A DNA stretch of 64,000 nucleotides from Candidatus Poseidoniaceae archaeon (GTDB lineage Archaea; Thermoplasmatota; Poseidoniia; Poseidoniales; Poseidoniaceae). Below are positions 28,395 to 35,586 of the stretch, piece by piece. A program made the translations under genes and the position numbers. Where the stretch lies: assembly GCA_038125145.1 (NCBI GenBank), contig JAYPDK010000001.1, positions 4,368-68,367 on the forward strand. The letters are read 5' to 3'. The notes below the pieces were generated by a model. The model was not told where the DNA came from. It worked only from the letters and a program-made list of their open reading frames with translations, and did no database searches. The stretch's first letter is position 1. Each line of letters opens with the position of its first letter.

Positions 28395-28979
28395 TCACAA
28401 GCCCGGGTCGGTGGTGTGGGCCTTCCGCCCGATGAACGCCATCAGCAACACCGTGGCGCCGAGGCCGCCGACCGTGATCACAGGTAGGATTGGAATCAAT
28501 CCCGAGAGTCCGAGCATGCCCTGAAGGTCCTTCGGAACGATTTGAGGTGCGAGGGCCAAGACCGCGATGAGGATCGGTGACAACATGCCCACGGAGAGCA
28601 TGGTTTCTGGAAGTCCCCCGAGGCCCTCGATGTACTCCTTGACGGCTTCCGATCGCTCCTCCTCCATCCGGGAACCGAGTTTACGAAGTGTTTCGATGAC
28701 GTCCGTGTTTTGAGTGAGGTTGGTGTGGAGGGTGTTGAGCAGTTTGCGGTACCCGTCGGTCTCGCTCGTGGTCATGAGTTTCTTGATTTCCTTGTCGAGG
28801 CCTGGAGACTTACCGGACTGAAGTCGCTTGAGGACGCCGGCAAAATCTTCCGAAATCACGCCGTACCCGCCGCGGCCAATGGTGTGCATGGCTGCTTCAA
28901 GCCCCACCCCAGAGGACATCATCACGTCCATCGCACGGATGACGTAAAGGATCTCACGACTTTCCTCGATGCGCCGCAT
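28395..28979 (-). CDS. Type II secretion system F / TadB-like membrane protein (short)
   Basis: RAMDVMMSSGVGLEAAM...YGVISEDF pattern of archaeal T2SSF proteins; two C-terminal TM segments; GGAG RBS. Confidence 0.75.
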   Translation of the reverse strand: MRRIEESREILYVIRAMDVMMSSGVGLEAAMHTIGRGGYGVISEDFAGVLKRLQSGKSPGLDKEIKKLMTTSETDGYRKLLNTLHTNLTQNTDVIETLRKLGSRMEEERSEAVKEYIEGLGGLPETMLSVGMLSPILIAVLALAPQIVPKDLQGMLGLSGLIPILPVITVGGLGATVLLMAFIGRKAHTTDPGL

Positions 28980-28993
28980 GACGTCTCCCTCAC

Positions 28994-29356
28994 TCAGTCC
29001 TTGTCCTCAATCAATTCAAAGGTGAATTCCTCAGACGTGCCATCGTAGTTCATCGAAGCGAACATCACCTTGACGTCCCGCTCCTCAAATGGGTCGTGGA
29101 TGAAGGGTTGGCCTCCACGGAACATGGCCATGACGTCCTTGTAGCGGTCTCGGTCCATGACACCGCGGACGGTGTACACAGCGCTCTCGGAGCCTTCGTC
29201 GTGAAGGTCGTCGCCTTCACCACCACGCACGACGGTACGCGTCAATCGACGGACCACGCGAACGGAGATGTCCGTGTTTGGGAATCGCAACCAGTCTGCG
29301 CTCGTCGTTGCCGACGCTGGTCGGATGAAGAAGTCTGTTCCAGCCACAACCCCCAC
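28994..29356 (-). CDS. Small beta-rich hypothetical protein, weak resemblance to phage tail hub / Mu gpN (DNA_circ_N)-like domains
   Basis: 120 aa lying between the RPA and tad genes; pattern GDDLHDEGSESAVYTVRG...FIHDPF...FTFELIED; start may be GTG a few codons downstream. Confidence 0.55.
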   Translation of the reverse strand: MGVVAGTDFFIRPASATTSADWLRFPNTDISVRVVRRLTRTVVRGGEGDDLHDEGSESAVYTVRGVMDRDRYKDVMAMFRGGQPFIHDPFEERDVKVMFASMNYDGTSEEFTFELIEDKD

Positions 29357-29386
29357 AGGGCCCTGCGGACCTTCAATGTGATGGGC

Positions 29387-30331
29387 TCATTCGACCATCC
29401 GATACCAGCCAAAGGAGACTTCGAAGACGCTGCCCTCATCGAGCAGACCGTCAAGTGCCGTGTCGGCGACACCGGCGTCGAAGCCTTTGGCCCCCATGTT
29501 CTTCACCAGGGTCTCGTAGTCAACACCACTGCCCTGATCCAGGGTTTGGATCAACTCCGTCATCGTGGCCCCTGCGTCGGCATCGCCCGCCGGTTCTGCC
29601 GCATCTGTGGCCCCACCTTGCGCCTCGTCCCCGGTCAGCGGCAACGCGGCAGGCTCGGTTCGAACGGACGCCATCTTGCCTTCTGCGATGTCGAGGGCTT
29701 GCAGAACGTGAAGCCTGTAGTGCTCGACAGAGGCACCCTCGTAGTGCGCGAGGGCGTGCGCAAGGCCTTCGGCCAACGGAGCAGGCACCCCTGCCTGGCG
29801 CATCGCCTCTGGACCTTCGGCTGCAGAGGGCATGCCCTTCTCGTGCGCATCCAGCCGCTCCAGCGTGGCGGCTGCGGTTCGTGCCAGCCATGCGGCGTAG
29901 CGGGGTGGGTCAATGCGAACCACTTCTTCTGGCCGGAGGCTGGTGTACACGGCGCCCTCATCGGTCTGGTACCAACGGGCCTTGGCGACCATCATCACGT
30001 GCATGGTTTCGCCTTCCTCGAGCGACCTCGTCAGGTCCACGATGGCCTCTCGGGCGCTCTCAGGATCGAAATCCCCTGCGCTGAAGTAAAACAGGCCTGA
30101 GGGGTCTCGGAGTTGCCCCATGTGCATGACCTGGCCGTTCGCCGACTCGCGTGGTTCGACACGCTCCAGCAATCCTGCCACGAGCACGCGGTTGATCTTC
30201 GCGCCAAGGCGGGTGATGACGAACGAGGGATCGTATTCACCCGAGCCTCGCTCGTTGAGGGTCGCCTCGCCAAATTCTGAGGCAAAGATGTGCCATGCAG
30301 GCTGTCGCTTGATGTTCCGAGGTGCCTCCAT
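29387..30331 (-). CDS. Replication protein A small/associated subunit (RPA2/RPA32-like OB fold plus C-terminal winged helix)
   Basis: RQPAWHIFASEF, TRLGAKINRVLVAG, LRDPSG, SLRPEEV; C-terminal LLDEGSVFE wH; TGATG overlap with RPA1. Confidence 0.85.
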   Translation of the reverse strand: MEAPRNIKRQPAWHIFASEFGEATLNERGSGEYDPSFVITRLGAKINRVLVAGLLERVEPRESANGQVMHMGQLRDPSGLFYFSAGDFDPESAREAIVDLTRSLEEGETMHVMMVAKARWYQTDEGAVYTSLRPEEVVRIDPPRYAAWLARTAAATLERLDAHEKGMPSAAEGPEAMRQAGVPAPLAEGLAHALAHYEGASVEHYRLHVLQALDIAEGKMASVRTEPAALPLTGDEAQGGATDAAEPAGDADAGATMTELIQTLDQGSGVDYETLVKNMGAKGFDAGVADTALDGLLDEGSVFEVSFGWYRMVE

Positions 30332-32031
30332 CACGCCACCCCCCATGCGGCCCGTGCTTCCGTGGCGATCATGCCACCATCCTCCTCGATGGACTCGAAG
30401 CCATCGGCCATGAACATGGAACTGCGGTCGTCCACCAACAGCCTCCCGCTGATTCGCACCCGACCCCCAAGCCAACGTGAACGGAGCGACTGCACCCACG
30501 CACCGGCCCCTTCGTCCTCAATCACCGCGCGGAGTCGATCCATGTCGAGTCCAAGCGCTGTCAAAGCCGCGTCTTTCCCGACGAACACCGACAACGATTC
30601 TGCGTCGCCCTGCACCACCAGGCGGAGGCGAACGTCCTCGTCCCCCTCCTGAGCGCCGTGATCGGTGCACGCCCCATCGCGCAAGACCCGTCGGCATTCG
30701 CCACACCGATAGATCAGACCAGAGTCGTCGCGGACGCTCACCACGTATCCTTCCGACGCCACACCTACACGCCCGCTTCCGTTGGCAAGTTCATCGAGGT
30801 CAACCTCAACAGCGTGGTTCTCCAGGTCGATGGTTGCATCCCATGGGGTGGCTTTCAGCACCTCGACTTGCTTCGCTTCGTCCACGGTGATGTCCGGGAC
30901 ACCTTGCCACGCACGCACGCGAACGCCGCTCAAACGCACGGCGACCGGAAGGTCATCGGCCGTGAACGGGAGTTCGGACCAAGCGCTCATCCTGCATTGT
31001 CCGCTGGGGTCTGCCACCCGACCAGACCAGAGGTGCCGTTCCTGACCCTCTCGTGTGAACGTGCGCTTCTGCCATTCATGCACCTCCACGACGCAGGTCA
31101 CGTCGCGAGCGCCGTCCCGCAGCCCCGCAATGGTCAGTTGACTGGCGGCTTCAAGGTCATCGGCGGACGCAAACGAAGCATCGTGGTAGGCCTCAATCGT
31201 GGTTGTTCGACCGAAGTTCAATTCAGGAGTGTCTCGGAAACTTCGTACCGTGGCCCCATCGACCTTCACCAGCTGTCCAACCTCAAGTTCAACGGGCTCC
31301 CATGAGAGGAATCCTACAGATCCGGTCCCGTCGGCGAGGCGTCCACGCACCACGTCGATCGTTCCCGAACCATCGCGCCGGTGAATGACATCGGGTCGGA
31401 CAGCAAGGACGCGAGCCACGACACAAACCGTCCCGGCTTCGGGCAAGTCGGCGATGGACAGAGGCTCACCAGGAGCCACCACGGGGGCAGAGCCCTCCTC
31501 AAGCACCACAACGCGGGTGGATTGGTTGACGTTCAGCGAGCGTCGACCTTGATATTCGTTGACCGAGGCACCTTCAAGCCTCACAATGCTGCCCGAACGA
31601 AGTTCCTGCTTTGGAGCCCAGTCCTTGTATTCCCATCGGGTGGAGGGGGAAGCGGAGTCGTAAGGGAGGTCTTCCAGAAGACCGAATGCAATGGTGCGTT
31701 GTTCACCACGCACGGTTTGATCCCGGACGTTGTGCGAGACAATCCGGACGGTGATCTCCACGTTTTGGTCGTCGCCGCTCAACTGGTCGAAGCGTTCCAC
31801 GGATTTCATCGGGCGTGGAGCCTTTCCAGCGGAGGCGCGACCTGCAGGCGCACCCGACGACGGCGCCGCATTGACCTGCAACGTTCGGATAATGGAGTGA
31901 ATCGAGTCCTGAGGAGGGATGAGGAATTCCTCCTCGTACTGACGAAACGCGGCGACGACGTCCGCTTCGCTCGCTTCGGGGCACGCGTCGAGCACCAACG
32001 CAACATGGTCGCCGTAGGGGTGGCTGCTCAT
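30331..32031 (-). CDS. Replication protein A large subunit (multiple OB folds plus zinc finger)
   Basis: Repeated OB folds (GRLADGTGSVGFLSW, GRVADPSGQCRMSAW) and CGECRRVLRDGACTDHG zinc finger. Confidence 0.9.
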   Translation of the reverse strand: MSSHPYGDHVALVLDACPEASEADVVAAFRQYEEEFLIPPQDSIHSIIRTLQVNAAPSSGAPAGRASAGKAPRPMKSVERFDQLSGDDQNVEITVRIVSHNVRDQTVRGEQRTIAFGLLEDLPYDSASPSTRWEYKDWAPKQELRSGSIVRLEGASVNEYQGRRSLNVNQSTRVVVLEEGSAPVVAPGEPLSIADLPEAGTVCVVARVLAVRPDVIHRRDGSGTIDVVRGRLADGTGSVGFLSWEPVELEVGQLVKVDGATVRSFRDTPELNFGRTTTIEAYHDASFASADDLEAASQLTIAGLRDGARDVTCVVEVHEWQKRTFTREGQERHLWSGRVADPSGQCRMSAWSELPFTADDLPVAVRLSGVRVRAWQGVPDITVDEAKQVEVLKATPWDATIDLENHAVEVDLDELANGSGRVGVASEGYVVSVRDDSGLIYRCGECRRVLRDGACTDHGAQEGDEDVRLRLVVQGDAESLSVFVGKDAALTALGLDMDRLRAVIEDEGAGAWVQSLRSRWLGGRVRISGRLLVDDRSSMFMADGFESIEEDGGMIATEARAAWGVA

Positions 32032-32120
32032 GCGAGGCCCTCCACCTGCGTTGTTGCCTTCATGGGCCAGCATGGTGGACTGGCGGTGGATGCACGTGCG
32101 GTTTGGTTGAGACTGGACAC
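32028..32120 (-). CDS. Putative 30-aa leader peptide (uORF) coupled to RPA1
   Basis: GGAGGTGA RBS 5 nt before GTG; its stop TGA overlaps the RPA1 ATG (ATGA); peptide MSSLNQTARASTASPPCWPMKATTQVEGLA. Confidence 0.4.
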   Translation of the reverse strand: MSSLNQTARASTASPPCWPMKATTQVEGLA

Positions 32121-32233
32121 TTCCTTCACCTCCTCGGACTTGTCGAGTCAAGTCGAGGGCCTTTGAACCCTCCCAAACGCCTCCGAGGCGGGGCGGGTGG
32201 GAGCCTCAAGGCATCCACCGCGTGGGCCATCGT

Positions 32234-33634
32234 TCACGCGGGGTTGACACCAAGGCTCCCGCGGAACAACACATCAGCCAGATGCAGGGAGCCACCTGGT
32301 CGCCCGTCCCGTCCCGGAGCGGCCGCCAACACCACGTCGGCCCCGAGGGCTTCGGCCAAGTTTCCGGTCAGTCCCGCCTGACGCACCGCGCCAACAACTT
32401 CACCGTCGACGATGCGAAGCACGCTGGAGGTGGTGACCGAGAAATCGCCCGTCGTGGGGTTCGCCGTGTGCGCACCCATCACATCGTGGACGAGCCATCC
32501 GTCCTCGACCTGCTGGACCAGGGCTTCTGGATTCGGACGTGCGGCGGTCGAGGTGAGCACAAGGTCCCGTGTGGACGTGCTCGGTGGGCCTCCAACGGAG
32601 CGAGAAGCCGAGCCGGTGCTTTCAGCATGTTCGACCTGCCCGTCTGCAACGGCCTTGGCCGCACCGCGTACGGACCAATTCGCAGCAACAAAGCGGCCTC
32701 CATCAACGATGGTTCGGGTTGAGGTTGGGACCCCGTCACCGTCGATGGACGCCGTGGTGGCCCCTCCAGCCAACCGGCCGTCGTCGACGATCGAGAGGTG
32801 GCCTGCCATGACCCGTTCACCCACACGACCGGACCAGAGGGATTCGTTTCGCGCGAGGCGAGGGCCGTTGATCGCGCGAGGGACAATCATGCCGAAAAGG
32901 GAGCCAAAGGCACCGTCCGAGAGGATGACGTCCTGACGACCTGAACGGGCGTCGGTCACCTCAATCGGATCTCGCGTGCATGTGGCCCAGTGGAGCGCTA
33001 GGTCAACGCAATCTGGAACGTGGGGGAGGAGACCATCGTCTGACGTGCCCTCCCAGCCGCTCGTCAATTGATCGTCGTGGTCGATCGTGACCTGAACACC
33101 GAGCCCCATCGAGGTGGAGGCAGTTGAACGTTCGATGCCTTCGCTGGACAGGAAGGCCGTGGCCGAGGCTGAGGCGCTGATGCCGCCTCCGGTCACCACC
33201 GCGTCGGGGTGCTCTGAGGCCACGTGTGCAAGCACGGCATCGGCCCGCTGCATCAGGTCGTCAGCGGTGAGGTCGTCCACCCTTCGATCGAAGGACGAGG
33301 GCGTGGAGGAGACCTGCGTCGCCTCAGGCAACTCAAAGCCATCCACAGAGGGGGACCGGCGGAGAATGGACATCGCCTCTTGGACCGCACGTTCTGCACC
33401 CGAGGCATCAACGACGCGTGCGAACGCGAAGCGACCATCTTGCACGAGGCGAAGGCCAAAGCCACCCTCACCGCCCCCGCCGACAAGGGAAATCCTCCCG
33501 GCTTCGATGTCGACCTCGGTGCCGTACGTTTGGGATCCAAGAACGTCCCACTGCGCCACACCCGCTCGCGTGCACGCTGCTCCAATCGTCCTGCAGGCCT
33601 CTTCCACCCGCTCCACTGCCCCATCAGCAAGCAT
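32234..33634 (-). CDS. TldE/PmbA family protein
   Basis: GFGLRLVQDGR, DGDGVP, STGSA, GAHTANPTTGDFS, GNL; no HExxxH motif. Confidence 0.9.
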   Translation of the reverse strand: MLADGAVERVEEACRTIGAACTRAGVAQWDVLGSQTYGTEVDIEAGRISLVGGGGEGGFGLRLVQDGRFAFARVVDASGAERAVQEAMSILRRSPSVDGFELPEATQVSSTPSSFDRRVDDLTADDLMQRADAVLAHVASEHPDAVVTGGGISASASATAFLSSEGIERSTASTSMGLGVQVTIDHDDQLTSGWEGTSDDGLLPHVPDCVDLALHWATCTRDPIEVTDARSGRQDVILSDGAFGSLFGMIVPRAINGPRLARNESLWSGRVGERVMAGHLSIVDDGRLAGGATTASIDGDGVPTSTRTIVDGGRFVAANWSVRGAAKAVADGQVEHAESTGSASRSVGGPPSTSTRDLVLTSTAARPNPEALVQQVEDGWLVHDVMGAHTANPTTGDFSVTTSSVLRIVDGEVVGAVRQAGLTGNLAEALGADVVLAAAPGRDGRPGGSLHLADVLFRGSLGVNPA

Positions 33635-33638
33635 GGCC

Positions 33639-35063
33639 TCACCCGACCAGCGCGCTGCGGATGCGCATGTACGGCCCACCGTCCCCGACAGGTACGGTTT
33701 GGCCTTTGCCGCAAAAGCCTGGTGAAGCAAGGCCGCCGTCCTTCGCAAGTCCATCCACGTTGTTCAGGATCTCCAACGTTAGGCCGGACACGCTGACGTC
33801 CCGCAGCGGGCGAACCAATTCACCGCCTTGAATCAGCCATGCCTCTTGGGCCGCGAATTGGAACGAGCCACGTCCCGTGTCAACCTGCCCACCCCGTGTA
33901 CCGCAGGCGAGCACGCCATGTTCAACGTCCTCGAGAAGGGCATCGAGGTCCCTGTGCGTGCCGCCTTGGATGATCGTGTTGGACATTCGAACGAGCGGGT
34001 GGTGCAAACCGTCCTGCGCTCGAGCACCCGCATTCGGCTCGAGGCCAAACTTGGCCGCCGTTTCACGGTGGTTGAGGTATTCCGTCAGCACGCCCTCACG
34101 AACGAGCATTTTCTCCCGTGCGTCAACGCCTTCGTCGTCGACGGGATAGGCCCCGTATCCCCCTCGAATGGTGGGGTCGTCGATCACAGTGACGATGTCA
34201 GACCCAATGTTCTGGCCGAGGCGCCCATCAAGGCAGGAGTCACCTGCTGCAACAAGGTCGGCTTCGCACGGGTGACCCAACGCTTCGTGCACGTACACCC
34301 CGGTCAAGTCCGGGTCGGCCACAAGGGTGAATCGACCCGAGGGCGCAGCCTCGGCTCCCAACTGGCGAAGGGCTGCGGCCTGCCCCTCGCGTCCGAGCGC
34401 TCCGAGGTCGGCTTGGAGGATGTGGTCGGCCCCCCCTTCCCCGCCGTGCCTTGTTCTATAGGAGGCCACGCGGTCGCCCTCGCGAGCCGTCACGGTGCAA
34501 TGCAAGAGGGCCCGTTGCAGGGTCCATAGCCGATCCATTCCTTCGCTTGTGAGCACCTCGGTTTGCAGGTGCTCATCGACCCATCCCGTTGCAACGGAAG
34601 CAATGTGCTCATGCCCACTCGCCTCCTGCTCGACCGCTGACATTGCGTCAAGGCGTTCTTCGAGATCGAGGTTGCGCACGTCCCCACGCGGGGTCCAATG
34701 GACTTCGTCCTGAACGACGGGCACTTCAGCCAGGCTGACACCGTCCGTGGACGAAGACCTGCGACCTGCAACAGCACGGGCGAGTTTCAGCGTCGCCTCT
34801 CCTTGAGCGTACACGCTCTCAATGTCCGTGGTGGAGTGGGTCCCCCACGCGCCGTCGGCAAGGACACGGAGGGTGACACCAACGTCCTGAGCGGGGACGG
34901 CGGATTCCATGGCACCGTCCCTGACGCTGATCGAAGTGGAATCGCACGACATCGCTCGCACTTCAACGTACGTGGCTCCCATTCCAGTCAACCGGTCAAA
35001 CATCGACGTAGCGCGCGCTCCGTCGAGCCACCGGTGCGTTCCAGAGCGACGGTCGAGCACCAT
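33639..35063 (-). CDS. tldD: TldD family metalloprotease
   Basis: HEALGHPCEAD, DDEGV, VRMSNT, CGKGQTVPVGDGGP. Confidence 0.93.
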   Translation of the reverse strand: MVLDRRSGTHRWLDGARATSMFDRLTGMGATYVEVRAMSCDSTSISVRDGAMESAVPAQDVGVTLRVLADGAWGTHSTTDIESVYAQGEATLKLARAVAGRRSSSTDGVSLAEVPVVQDEVHWTPRGDVRNLDLEERLDAMSAVEQEASGHEHIASVATGWVDEHLQTEVLTSEGMDRLWTLQRALLHCTVTAREGDRVASYRTRHGGEGGADHILQADLGALGREGQAAALRQLGAEAAPSGRFTLVADPDLTGVYVHEALGHPCEADLVAAGDSCLDGRLGQNIGSDIVTVIDDPTIRGGYGAYPVDDEGVDAREKMLVREGVLTEYLNHRETAAKFGLEPNAGARAQDGLHHPLVRMSNTIIQGGTHRDLDALLEDVEHGVLACGTRGGQVDTGRGSFQFAAQEAWLIQGGELVRPLRDVSVSGLTLEILNNVDGLAKDGGLASPGFCGKGQTVPVGDGGPYMRIRSALVG

Positions 35064-35100
35064 GTTGGGAAGGCCCAGCAGCGGTGTTTGAACCCTCGCC

Positions 35101-35574
35101 TCAGGCAAGCAAATCCGATTCTGCAATCCGACCGAGGGCCAGCACCTCGGCGTCGCCCTCGGACGGCAGGCCGAGGCGGGCGCGACCTGCAAGCGTCATT
35201 GCATGCGGTGTTGACGGGTGCAGCCCATGGACCATCATCCGTTGGTCGACCTCCGTCGACGCCACTGAAATGGCCACGAGCCATCCGCGTTCCGCGCCCG
35301 TCGTCAGTCCAACCGCGCGGATGGCTTCCCCAACGTGATGGGACCCCGCCAAGCAGCGCATGAATTCCGCGGCGAGGCTACGGGCCACCGCCGTACCCCG
35401 TTCCCAGCGCCGTTGTGCCGCGATGGAGGCGGCGCGAACCTGCCGTTCGGAGGCGACGACGTCGGACGCCAAGAGCACGATGGCCCCCCCCATGAGACCG
35501 TCCTCGACCGAGAGCGCAAGGGCACGGGGGTCGTTGACCGCGTCGGCGACCCAAGGGACGAGGCACATGCCCAT
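35101..35574 (-). CDS. cgi121: KEOPS complex subunit Cgi121
   Basis: AQRRWERGTAVARSLAAEFMRCLAGSHHVGEAIRAVGL; adjacent to Hel308 as in many euryarchaea. Confidence 0.8.
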   Translation of the reverse strand: MGMCLVPWVADAVNDPRALALSVEDGLMGGAIVLLASDVVASERQVRAASIAAQRRWERGTAVARSLAAEFMRCLAGSHHVGEAIRAVGLTTGAERGWLVAISVASTEVDQRMMVHGLHPSTPHAMTLAGRARLGLPSEGDAEVLALGRIAESDLLA

Positions 35575-35586
35575 GCCTCCTGTCCC

